Below are positions 44,270 through 56,700 of a stretch of 64,000 bases of DNA, piece by piece (positions within the stretch are counted from its first letter, which is position 1; the number at the start of each line of letters is the position of its first letter). This DNA comes from Callorhinchus milii (Eukaryota). Where the stretch lies: assembly GCF_018977255.1 (NCBI RefSeq), contig NW_024704743.1, positions 53,570,001 to 53,634,000 of the forward strand, in the 5' to 3' direction. A program made the translations under genes and the position numbers. A model generated the notes under the pieces. The model ran no database searches and was not told the origin of the DNA. It saw nothing but the letters and a program-made list of their open reading frames with translations.

Positions 44270-44915
44270 TGATTCCTACCACATCATAATTACCAATTAG
44301 CCATGCCTCAAGTTCCACCTTTTTATTTCAAATGCTCCTTGCACTTACGGGTATGTATCTAATTATACTTATTACCCCTTAACCGTCCTGTCTGGCTGCC
44401 TGGTCTTGCTATCTAGGGCTTTATGTGATTTTATTGCTCCTGATTTAGATATTTACCCTTGTTTCTTTTTGTTTTCTTTTTCATTTTAAGTTCAACCCTT
44501 CGCATCTCTTCGTGATGATCAGTGGGCCTGAATTCCTTATTATCTACTATTGCATTCCCCTCTCCCTCTAAATCTAGTTTAAATAAAACCCAATTACTTC
44601 TCTTACGTTTTGTGCCAGCAGTTTAGCTCATCATTTAGTTAAGTGAATGTTAAATATCTCATGGAACTATTCAAAAAGAGAAGCAGCATTGCAAAAGAGC
44701 ATTCTGCCTATGAACAATTTGTCTTCTTGAAAAAATTCCCAATTGTCGACAAACTCATTTTCCTTCAGCGCACACAATTTTCGTAACCAGTCATTGAAGT
44801 TAATTATCCTGCTCATTCTTTCTGTATTCCCAGATAATACAGGCAGCAACCCAGATACCATCAGGTTTGCATCCTTAAACTGCCTACCAAACCCATATAT
44901 TTCTTTATAAGACAC
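44270..44915 (-). mobile_element. CR1 5' region: ORF1 esterase (SGNH-like) remnant plus start of the ORF2 endonuclease
   Basis: MVSGLLPV...RIINFNDWLRKLC...FVDNWEFF, then SARSI*NK...ELEAWLIGNYDVVGIT. Confidence 0.75.
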
Positions 44916-45514
44916 AATACAAGTTACATTATATAGTGCATTTCATGTTGGGAGGATGTCTCAAAGATGTCTCAATGCTGGGAGGGTACCTGAGCTGGGG
45001 GTGGGATACAAGGAGATGGGGAGGATAAAGATGTCTGAAAGTGTGGTCATAAAGGACGTTTTGGAACATGCTGTTGAATGAAGGGAGGGAGTTGGAGGGT
45101 TTCTATGATGGAGTTCCAGAGAGTGGGGGCAGAATGGCTGAAAGATCACACAAGATTAGTTTGGATGATCTCATTCTGAAGATTACGCACACTACCATCC
45201 TCCCATCACAGCATAAAGCTTTTTAAAAGAGTCCAGTGTCCTGGCCTCAACCACCCTTCCTGGCTACCTGTACCAGTCATTAATTACTCTCTGAGTAAAG
45301 ATAAACTTCCCAGTATCTTCTGAAATGGCCCACGACAGAGACGAGGCATATGTCAGACTCAGACTGCACCCAGGGATGCTTAGGGAACCCAGGGAGGAGA
45401 ACGCTGAAGCTCTAGTGTGTGTGTGTGTGTGTTTATATATATATATAACTCTACAGTAAGGAGCTTTGGCAGAGTCCTGGAGGCTGTCTAATGCAATACC
45501 TATTTTTAAAAAGG

Positions 45515-47308
45515 GTGTGTGAGGTGCAGTGTGTAGAGGGCGCTGTGTGTGTGTGAGGTGCAGTGTGTGAGGTGCTGTGTGTGTGTGTGTGTGAGAGGTG
45601 TAGAGGTCGCTGTGTGTGTGTGAGGTAGTGTGTAGAGGGCGCTGTGTGTGTGTGTGGTGCACTGTGTAGAGGGCGCTGTGTGTGTGCGTGAGGTGCACTG
45701 TAGAGGGCGCTGTGTGTGTGTGTGTGAGGTGCACTGTGTAGAGGTCGCTGTGTGTGTGTGTGTGTGAGAGGTGTAGAGGGCGCTGTGTGTGTGTGTGTGT
45801 GAGGTGTAGAGGGCGCTGTGTGTGTGTGTGTGTGTGAGGTGTAGAGGGCGCTGTGTGTGTGTGTGAGGTGCAAGGCGCTTTATAAATGGAATCTTGTTGT
45901 TGTTGTTGTTGTAGAGGTCGCTGTGTGTGTGTGTGGTGCACTGTGTAGAGGGCGCTGTGTGTGTGTGTGTGTGAGAGGTGTAGAGGGCGCTGTGTGTGTG
46001 TGTGTGTGTGAGGTGTAGAGGGCGCTGTGTGTGTGTGTGAGGTGCAGTGTGTAGAGGGCGCTGTGTGTGTGGTGCACTGTTTAGAGGTCGCTGTGTGTGC
46101 GTGAGATGCACTGTGTAGAGGGCGCTGTGTGTGTATGTGTGAGGTGCACTGTGTAGAGGGCGCTGTGTGTGTGTGTGTGTGGTGTAGAGGGCGCTGTGTG
46201 TGTGTGTGAGGTGCACTGTGTAGAGGGCGCTGTGTGTGTGTGTGTGTGGTGTAGAGGGCGCTGTGTGTGTGTGTGAGGTGCAGTGTGTAGAGGTCGCTGT
46301 GTGTGTGTGTGGTGCACTGTGTAGAGGGTGCTGTGTGTGTGTGTGTGTGAGAGGTGTAGAGGGCGCTGTGTGTGTGTGTGTGTGTGAGGTTATGTGTAGA
46401 GGGCACTGTGTGTGTGTGTGAGGTGCAGTGTGTAGAGGGCGCTGTGTGTGTGGTGCACTGTTTAGAGGTCGCTGTGTGTGCGTGAGATGCACTGTGTAGA
46501 GGGCGCTGTGTGTGTATGTGTGAGGTGCACTGTGTAGAGGGCGCTGTGTGTGTGTGTGTGTGTGGTGTAGAGGGCGCTGTGTGTGTGTGTGAGGTGCACT
46601 GTGTAGAGGGCGCTGTGTGTGTGTGTGTGTGGTGTAGAGGGCGCCGTGTGTGTGTGTGAGGTGCACTGTGTAGAGGGCGCTGTGTGTGTGTGGTGCACTG
46701 TGTAGAGGGCGCTGTGTGTGTGTGTGGTGCACTGTGTAGAGGGCGCTGTGTGTGTGTGTGTGAGGTGTAGAGGGCGCTGTGTGTAGAGGGCGCTGTGTGT
46801 GTGTGTGAGTGTGTGTGTGTGTGTGGTGTAGAGGGCGCTGTGTGTGTGTGTGTGTGAGTGAGAGGTGTAGAGGGCGCTGTGTGTGTGTGTGAGAGGTGTA
46901 GAGGGCGCTGTGTGTGTGTGTGTGAGTGTGTGTGTGTGTGAGAGGTGTAGAGGGCGCTGTGTGTGTGAGGTGCAGTGTGTGTGTGTGAGGTGTAGAGGGC
47001 GCTGTGTGTGTGTGTGAGGTGTAGAGGGCGCTGTGTGTGTGTGTGTGTGAGTGTGTGTGTGTGAGGTGTAGAGGGCGCTGTGTGTGTGTGTGTGTGAGTG
47101 TGTGTGTGTGAGGTGTAGAGGGCGCTGTGTGTGTGTGTGTGTGAGTGTGTGTGTGTGAGGTGTAGAGGGCGCTGTGTGTGTGTGTGTGTGAGTGTGTGTG
47201 TGTGAGGTGTAGAGGGCGCTGTGTGTGTGTGTGAGGTGTAGAGGGCGCTGTGTGTGTGAGGTGCAGTGTGTGTGTGTGAGGTGTAGAGGGCGCTGTGTGT
47301 GTGTGTGA
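45515..47308. repeat. Complex GT-rich minisatellite, unit approximately GAGGT(GCACTGT)GTAGAGGGCGCT(GT)n
   Basis: About 40 exact AGAGGGCGCT cores plus variants (manual count), separated by (GT)n; explains the His/Thr-rich pseudo-ORFs. Confidence 0.97.
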
Positions 47309-47387
47309 GAGTCTCTCTGTGCGGGACCTGGTGGTGGTGGTGGAGTCGGGGCCTCTCTCTCTCTCTCTCTCTCTCTGTGCCGGGCCT

Positions 47388-47630
47388 GGTGCAGGAGCTG
47401 CTGGTGTCGGTGCAGGAGCTGCTGGTGTCGGTGCAGGAGCTGCTGGTGTCGGTGCAGGAGCTGCTGGTGTCGGTGCAGGAGCTGCTGGTGTCGGTGCAGG
47501 AGCTGCTGGTGCTGGTGTGGAGCCGGTGGTGTCGGTGCGGTGTGGAGCCGGTGGTGTCGGTGTCGGTGTGGAGCCGGTGGTGTCGGTGTCGGTGCGGTGT
47601 GGAGCCGGTGTCGGGCCTGTGCCGGTGTCG
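47388..47630. repeat. 21-bp tandem repeat (GGTGCAGGAGCTGCTGGTGTC) x6 followed by degenerate GGTGTGGAGCCGGTGGTGTC units
   Basis: Directly visible; ends just before the TOMM7 ATG. Confidence 0.95.
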
Positions 47631-47643
47631 GGGTTTGCAGACG

Positions 47644-47746
47644 ATGCTGGCGCTGACCAAGGAGACCAAACAGCGGCTGCAGCAGCTGTTCCGCTGCGGA
47701 CAGACGGCCATTCGCTGGGGATTCATCCCGACCGTCCTGTACCTGG
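47644..47746 (+). CDS. TOMM7: TOMM7 coding exon 1
   Basis: acgATG CTG GCG...TAC CTG G|gtcagt; 103 nt; AIRWGFIP motif. Confidence 0.96.
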
Positions 47747-50700
47747 GTCAGTGCCCCCCCCACCCCCCCCCCCCACCGGGGCCGCTCCCGGGGTACACCC
47801 CCCGACGTGGGCCTGGGTTGGGGGTTGGCGGGGCCTGGGTTGGCGGGGCCTGTGTTGGGGGGGGAGCTGCTGGGGGTTTGCTGGGAGCAGCAGCACGTGG
47901 TGTGGTTGGGATCTGCTGGGATGCCCATGTCCCGAGTTTAGCCGCTGACCCAGTGGTGCACAGACCTGTTATTTTGTGTGGCCTCACCGTGTTGCCCCGG
48001 TTACCGGCAGCCGCAGGGCTCGTGTTCGCTGATAAAACGCTTAGTTTGTCGTACGAAAAAAAAGGAAATGCAGATAAACCCCCGGCGAGCTCGACCGATG
48101 GGAAAATCCGGTCCGGCGATTTTCCAGCTCAGTGTCATTTACAACGCCGGGATTGCGAAAAAATGTATTTCAAATGCCAGAAGGGGGCCGGGAAATTGCT
48201 GCAAGACTACTTGTGGCCATTTTAGCCGTTTTGTCGTTGGACCTCGCAAATTTTTAAGTCTAGAATCATTGATCTTACAGCGCAGAAGGAGGCCGTTCGG
48301 CCCATCGCGCCTGTGCCGGCTTTTTGAAAGAGCTACCAATCAATAATAATAATCCTTGCATTTGATACAGCGCCTTATCACGTCTTCGAGACGTCTCAAA
48401 GCGCTTCACGGAATATACTGTAAAGTGAATTGACTATTTTGTCTCCTCGCTCTTATCCCTGAGCCCTGAAAATCTTTCCTTTTCAAGTACATACCCTTTT
48501 GAAAGTTACCCTTGAGTCTGTTGGAGATTTTTTAAGCTCTCCTGCAACAAGATGCAAAACTGCAACTTTCAATGCAATCTGGTAACTTTCCGTAATCTCC
48601 ATCTCCCAACTTTTTGAGCCAGCTTTCACGTTGGGAGAGACGGAGAGGAAAAGAGAGACAGTGTTGCCAGATATCACTGGTGAAGGTCACCAGATGGACT
48701 TTGAAGGCAGGAAGAGGCCTGATATGAACTTGTGAGTGAAGGGTGTGATTGGAACAATGAAGCTGGAGACGGTTTCAGAGATGGGGATGGAACAAGAGCA
48801 TGAAGAGATTTTTCAAGGTCAGGGAGAGGATTTTAAAGTGGGTGGGGCACGTGGATCTTAGAGAGAATAATAATCCTTGCATCTCAAAGCACTGCACAAG
48901 ATTTATGTAGAAGTATAGAGACTGTATTTATAGACTGATAAGTCATGGTAGTAGCATAGCACTATGAGATTTGATGTTTCAAAGTCTCCCAAATTAGAGC
49001 TACCTTTGACAATGCAGCACTGTCTAAACTACAACAGCAATAATATGCATTTATATAGTGCCCTTCAAGCAGGACATTGTCTTGGAATGCTTCTCCAGGT
49101 CAGGATCAGGCTAGGGCGAGGGGGAAGAGGAGGTGACCGTAAATTCAATCAAACAAATAGGATTCTAGATGAGATCGGCTGAAACCTCTAGATTATGGAA
49201 CAGTGGAGACTGGCAAAAAGTGCTTTGGAAAAGTTTAGTCAAGAGGTAACAAAAGAGTGAATGACGGTTCAGTGGCATTTGGTGTAAGATGGGGGTGTAG
49301 GCGAACAAAGTGGTGAAGGTGATGAAAAGTGGTCTTGGTCAGGGAGCGATTGTGAGAAAGAAAAGAGAGCTGAGTACCAAATTGAACACTAAGGTTGCAC
49401 AGTAGTTCAGTGATTGAGAGAGAGGCCAGGAAGTTGAGATCAGAGCTAGAAGTGGGGAGTCTTCGCTTGAAGTCGAGGTGGTTGGCTTCCGTCTGGTCCA
49501 TATTTAGCTGAATCAAATTGAGGCTCATTCAGGTTTTGATGTCCTATTGCCAAGCAGACAGAACATCAGTGAATTTTAAATCGAGTTCCGCTTCCATTAA
49601 GCGCTCCAAGATGGTACCCTGTGTGAAGGGCACTTTATAAATGCACATTGTGTTATTGAAGTGGAGACTGCGGCCACATGACTAAAAGGTGAAAGCGCAA
49701 TCAACTGAGCCAGGATGAGATCGAGGGTTGAGGGAAAGGATACAGGCTGCAGAGTTCTGGTTGAGCTGGAGCTAGCGAGGACGACCAGGGAAGCATTTCG
49801 GAAATTTTATCTCCAAGCACAAACGTGTGCACGTACACTGGCTTGGATTTCCAGAGTGAGCAACTGAAGTTGAATGCAGTTGGCACTGGGGACTCCCAAA
49901 CAGGATGGTTTCAGTTTGGTTGTTGTTCAGCTGAAGGGAGTATCCACACCAATGTTTGCGAATATCCAAACCAGACAAATTTTCACATTGTATGCCACCC
50001 ACCCATGGAAATTTCCTTGCATCTGAAACAAAATGCACACTGTTTCCCTGGAGGGAGCAGGTCGGAAATAGCCAAGGCTTGGGGACCACGATGTGTGCAT
50101 TGGGGTACTGCTGGAGTTTAACCATTTAAAAACATACAGCTTGCCATTGCGAGCACTGTCTTTGAAGCTTTCCCACTGCTAGTCTAGCCAGGACTACCCC
50201 TCCCGTTAAGGCTTTGGCTTGCCGGGTTAACAGCAGCTAAGTGCAAAGAATGGCCCCCTGCCCCCAATGACCAATTCTGCTTCTCTTTAGTCCTGCCAAC
50301 AAACCACGTTTACTGGTCTGTTGTCTGCAGTGCTTCAGAGTACTACAAACCCACCTGGCTCAGCAAGTGGATGACCCAAGACCTCCACAGAGGTTTGAGT
50401 TGATTTTGACATTCCATTGTCCCATTTGTCACCAAATATGTCAGCTCCAAGGAGACCCTCTCACCTCTCCCGTCCCAGGAGGATATTCCTTTTGGATAGG
50501 AGAAGAGGATAGGTACTATAATTTTGTCAAGGGATCTTGATGTCTTCCTGAATAGGAAGACGGTACCTCCAAGAATGTAGTACCCAGCATTGGACTAGAA
50601 TGTCAAACTAGATTATGAAGTATGAATCTTAAGTCTCTTTCTGGGCTTGAAGCCTTCTGACCAGGAGGTGAGAGTACTACCAACTGAGCAAGGCTAATGT

Positions 50701-53700
50701 TTATAGATAAAGAAAAAGAGAGGACTCTGGAATAGAGCAACTGGGTAAACGTGGTGAAGCCATAAGAGGAGATATAGTGAAGACATTGGACAGGTAGGTA
50801 AGGACCCAAGAAAATATGGCACTGAGAAGGTGGACAAGATGAGGGACGGTGGAGAAGAACAGAATAATAATAATCCTTGCATTTGATATAGCACCTTATC
50901 ACGTCTTCGAGACATCTCAAAGGTTGTCGGCCATATTGAAATAACTTTTTATCGTGAATATTTTAGTTCAGTTTTTTCTTCATGGGTTTAAAAATATTTT
51001 AGTGAAAAATCCATCTATTGTGCAAGGTAATTACTATTTTTACGTTTGAGCGTTATCGGTTTAGACTCGTAGGAAATTCAGACCTCGTTAGCGGTGTCAT
51101 TTTGTGACTCCAGTATGAGATTTTACGCAGCCCCTTGTGCAACATCCTCTATAATTCCCGCTTGTGCGTTATAAACACCACACTATCTTGTGATAGTGGT
51201 TTAGAGTATAATTGGGGAACTTCATTTTAGGGAATAATAAGGGAAAGGTGGCAGCTATTAATAAAATGTGAGAGGCCATTAAAGGCTAGACTGTATATAC
51301 CGAGGACTGCTAAATTTAAAAAGGAACTAAGTTTAGGTTTGAGGGTTTTAAAAGTGGAAGCTACCGGCTGACCTTGCACTATATTTTTCCCCATCAAGTA
51401 ATTTTAGATTCCTCCCCCATCTCCATTAAGTAGCAGCAGCGTGGATTAGGGGCACTTTTTGTGCATCTGTTAGACAATTTAGATTGGGTTTTTGGAAAAT
51501 TCTTAAATACAGCCTTAATTTGAAATTAAGTTTTTGGCACTTAATTTCTCTGGAGATATAATAATTATGGCATTTCACATCACAAGGATGTCACAAAGCA
51601 TTTCACAAGATTCACCTTAAAGTGTAATGACTGTATATTTTAGTAAAATTGGAGCCAATTTGCACACAGCATTGTCACAAACAGCCATCAAGCGAATAAC
51701 CAATTTTATTTGGTGGATTGTTGGCCAGGACACCAGGAGAAACTCCAATTTCTTTTCAAAAAGTGCTGTGGGATCCTCCATAGGTCTGATTTCCGGTCAA
51801 AATATGGACGTCTTGGTTTTAGAAATAGTTGCCCTTCAGTGGCCCAATTGTGGCCATAACTCATGCAAATTACTGGAGTTTACAACTTGGGTCAATGACA
51901 GACAGAGCAGAGCGTAAACGCTCCTTGAGATTGGGTGCAACCTCCAACAGTTTAGGAAAGCTTAGTGGCAACCTGGCTCGGTTGTTAGCACTCCCGCCTC
52001 TGAGGCAGACAGTTGTGGGTTCAAGCAGTCGCAACACTTTACAGTATATGCGATATAGGACTTTGAGACATCCTGATGACATAAGGAGCTATATTCAAAT
52101 ACAAGGATTATTATAAAGAGAACAGAGATTTGATGCTGAATGTCTTTCAGGTTATACTGAAACTCTCTGTCCAGCACCTTGGGACGTCCTCCTGGCGTGA
52201 AAGGAACTAGACAAATGTAACTTTGTTGTTGTATGCTGAGAATGTAAGTTTAGGAAAAGAAACACATTGATCTTGTGGGGTGTGCGGTCATGCTCACCAC
52301 CACACGTGAGTTTGATTTCATATTCTACGTTTGTTCAGCTGATGATTCATTTGGTTATGTCACTCCCTCCCTGGAGTGAAACTGGAGTGTTGCAAGTCTG
52401 GAAGGTTGTAGGTTTATTGATCTTCCTGTGTGCTGGGTTATCAATCTCCGTAAGGTGGCGCTGTTCCAGAAGGGGTCACTGGATCGTGAGCAGGATTACG
52501 AACACGAGCTGAGTTTCTCTCCTTCCTTGTCCAGGCATTGAGATCAACTAATGGCCAGGTGTTAAGTTGTGGCAAATGTAAACTGGAAATCACTGCATTA
52601 ATGGTGACTCACTTTTTAGCTAAAATTGCATGCTTTGCTACCAAAATTTTTGCCAAATGTACTTAAAAATAGTGTTGTGCATTTGTTTGTTCAACTGTTG
52701 GAACTTAATACGTAGATTGCCACTTATTATCCAGCCATTGTTTCACATGCCAGTTAAATCACATAAATCATGTTCAGGGCGTTTCTGCAGTGTTAGGCTG
52801 TTAATGTGCGAGTTTAATTAAATTAATTAAATTAATTAAATTAATTAAATTAATTAAATTAATTAAATTAATTAAATTAATCAAGAGCTTGCAGCTTTTG
52901 TTTAGAAAACAAGAGAAAATGAAGGAGATTGTAATTTGAAGTTGCTGATCCTGGAAGAAACCGTGATGTAATTCTATTTTATTGGTATTATATTGTTGGT
53001 TTTGTCAGTGTGTGAATGGACACTGTTTGTTGACAAGGGTGCGGACATTACTGCACTAACTGAATCTGTTGGCGAGGATGGTGACCTCAGTACCAGCTGC
53101 CGAGAGTAATAGAATCAAATTTGTCCCAGTGTGTTTATAAATAACTAGTTCAATACAGTACCAGATGTATCATTTATAATATAATTTCAGTTTTCTTTGC
53201 AGATGTCGATTTAGTCCTGTATTAAACTTGTATGTTCATAACTACTGCATTTATTTCAAAAGTATTGCATTTCAGAAGTACTCCCTGAGTGTTCACCAGA
53301 TTCACTCAGTGTTATGTTAACGGAATCAATATACAATCCTTATCCTGTAGTTGTAATATTATTACCATTCTTGGACTTTATCCGCTCATGCTCCTCTTCC
53401 TTATGTACATTGTAGTCAAGAGAGCATTTTCTGACCTCTTAGAGGTCAGAAAATGACCTCTATGTAATCTGAGAATGAGAATGAAAATGACCATCCTATG
53501 TAATCTGACCTCTTAGAGGTCAGATTACATAGGATGATCCCAGAATATACTTTGTGAGCATTTATTGAACCAGCATTGGATTCTGTCTGCAATCTCACTG
53601 TTTGGAATAATAATGTCAATAATAACAAGGGGATGTCTATTGAAGCCGAGAGGTGAAGGGACAGTCCGCTGTTTAACCCGGTCCTTGCCATTCAGCAGTC

Positions 53701-56700
53701 TGATCAAGGTGTTCATGTGAGAGCAAATTGGTACAGTCGGTTCACTCGTCTTCCGAGTAAATGAGTCTGAACTGTCAAGTTTCTTGGACGTTGAAAACCT
53801 TTTGGGTAGTTTGATGTTACTTATTTAGTTTTGTTGTACTTTTTTGCAGGTTTCAAAAGAGGTGGGGACCCAGGCATGCCAGAACCCAGTCTTCTGAGGT
53901 AAATGCTTGAAATTGCCAAGAATTGCTTAATTTAATGACATGTGCAGAATGCAGAATTCATATATTAGTCGAGTGAACTTTGCAAATGATATGTAGTAAA
54001 ATAACTTTGAGGTTCCATAATACTGCACTTTGGGTGCAGTTTTAAAGCTACACTTTTCAAATAAGAAATGTCCTTCTGCTCTTTATCTGATCGAATCCTT
54101 CAGAAAACCCCACCTAACCATCTTCCAGTTAAGCATCAAGCTGTTTCTTAGAAGTTTCTACAATTAATTGTATCACTGAATTGTGTTTGGGGAAGGTGTT
54201 AAGCAAGTTACCCTTATTTACTGTATCAACAAAGTTATAGATGCAGTTACTATCAGTTATAACGGATAATATGCAGCACATCTCATATGATGGCATATTA
54301 TAATTATTTTTAATATAATTTTAGTATTCCCTTTTATTTTTACTGAAGACTGTCGACCAATCTTTTAACATAGATACGATTGTTAAACATCATTGCATCT
54401 TCAAAATGCTTCACATGCAATGAACACACTTGTATTAAATTGTATTAAAAATGATGAAAATACCCTAATTTTATTCATAAATGCTTCAAATCGTTATTAT
54501 CATAGAATCATAGAATCATACAGCACAAAAAGAGGCCATTCGGCCCATCGAGTCTGTGCCGGCTCTTTGAATAGAGCAATTAATGTCAATCCCACTCCGC
54601 AGCCCTTTCCCCATAACCCTGCAAACCCGTCCTCCTCAAAGACCCATCCACCCCATTTTTAAAAGTTGTTATTGAATCGGCCTCCACCACCCTTTCAGGC
54701 AATGCATTCCAGATTTGAACAACTCGCTGCGTGAAAAAATTTCTTCTCACCTTCCCTCTGCTTCTTTTAGAAACTATTTTAAATCCGTGACCTCGATTCA
54801 CTGACACACCCACCAGTGGAAACAGTTTTTCCCTTTCTAACCTATCAAATCCCCTCATGATTTTGAAGACCTCTATTAGGTCTCCTCGTAACCTTCTCTG
54901 CTCCAGTGAGAATAATCCTGGCCTCTCTAGCCTTTCCTCATAATCAAGGTCCCTCATTCCTGGTACCATCCTCGTAAATCTCCTCTGCACCCGTTCCAAT
55001 GCCTTAACATCCTTCCTATAGTGTGGTGCCCAGAACTGGGCGCAGTGTTCTAACCAGTGTTTATATAGGTTAATCATAACCTCCTGACTCTTGTACTCTA
55101 TGCCCCTATTTATAAAGCCTGGTATCCCATATGCCCTTTTTACAGCTTTATCTACCTGTCCTGCCACCTTCAATGATTCATTTACCTGAACCCCCAGGTC
55201 TCTCTGTTCCTTCACCCCCCTTAAGATCGTATTATTTAGCCTATATTGCCTCCCCTCATTCTTTCTTCCAAAATGCATTACCTCGCATTTCTCACATTGA
55301 AATTCATCTGCTATGTGTCTGCCCATTTTACCATTCTGTCTATGTCTTCCTGCAGTTAGCTACTATCCTTCTCACTGTCTACTACCCTACCTAACTTTGT
55401 GTCGTCTGCAAACTTGGAAATGGTACTTGCTATACCCAAGTCCAGATCATTTATATATATTAAGAAGATCAGTGGTCCTAATACCGATCCCTGGGGGACG
55501 CCACTGTACACTTCCCTCCAGTCAGTTATATTTTAGGCTCAAAATTCTCATAGTTTCAACCTTAACACCATTGTCTTAAAATCTAAGATTGGGTAACATT
55601 TGTGAAATCGTAGGTTCAACCATAATTTTTAAAACCGGGATTTTTCAATACTTATCCAAAAAATCAACTTCCCAGTTAAGGCTGAAATTAAGATTCTTCC
55701 AAAATTCTACATGATCTTAATCATAAAATACTAGTTTTAAGAATTAAGACCATGATATCCTCAGTTGTAGTTTACAGAATTCTTGATGATCACGCTGAAT
55801 AAAATAATCCTATAGAATGTTATGGGTTTGTTACTAGAAAAGCAGAATGGGAACAGCACCAGTGCCTGACATGGGAAACATTTTCTTGTTTGCCATTTAT
55901 TTGCTTTGTTTCCCTTTTTATTTATTATTCTTAATTATTTGTTATTTCCTTTCCCAAATGCAAGGATTATTATTATTATTAGCTGACTCTTCTGCTAACT
56001 CTCCCATCTGAGACTTGGTTCCAGTGGAGGCAAATCATATCCATAGCACATAGTGAGATTGAAATCACTGACCATTGCAAAGAAATAAGGGTAGATACCA
56101 CTTCTATTAGCCGATATCATCAGGGATGATGGCAAGTGTGCAGCAAATGACCCTTGGCTAGGATGAGGAATATTAGCCTGAATTTCCAATGCTGATTACT
56201 ATCCAGTATGCACTCTTGTTATATGTATTGTGGCTGTCGGGCAAAGATTGCACTGACCTGACTGTGATATGCTTTGGTGGTGCAGTCTTCCTACATTTCA
56301 CTGTCTAGCTTCACACATGAAGAATGGCACTAGGTACACTGCCAGATGGTGCTTAACCTCCACAGAGCCATATGGCATCATGAGTCAGCACCTTCAGCAG
56401 AGCCAGGGAGGAATTGGAGCAGAGAAATATGAAAGTTGTTCAGCATTTCTTTTGCGACAACTAATTAAACATGACTCAGTGTGTGAACAGTTGTTTTGAA
56501 TGTCACACCAGTTGTGTTTCACTTTGAAGCTGTAAAGTTAGTGTCAGTTCTGCAGTGTTACTAGGAATTCAATAAAGTGGAATTTGTACATTGTGCCACT
56601 TCAAATAAGAAACAGTACCATCTGAGATGACATCAATGCTGCGTTGTAAATTATGCTAGTTGCAGGTACAGTAATAATGCTGGGCAATATTGCAGCACTT

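Larger units (their letters stand above)
47320..48330. promoter_or_regulatory. GC/CpG-rich island over the TOMM7 5' end
   Basis: Dense CpG and high GC against an AT-rich, CpG-poor background; spans the start codon. Confidence 0.7.

Noticed and set aside
45515..47630. CRISPR-like array
   Set aside because: Spacers are (GT)n or absent rather than unique; no cas genes; vertebrate context
45264..47928. Long His/Thr-rich minus-strand ORFs (820, 488 and 408 aa)
   Set aside because: Stop-free translations of the (CA)n-based minisatellite; no domain content
54586..55326. 246-aa ORF as a host gene
   Set aside because: It is the C-terminus of CR1 ORF2, with an upstream frameshift
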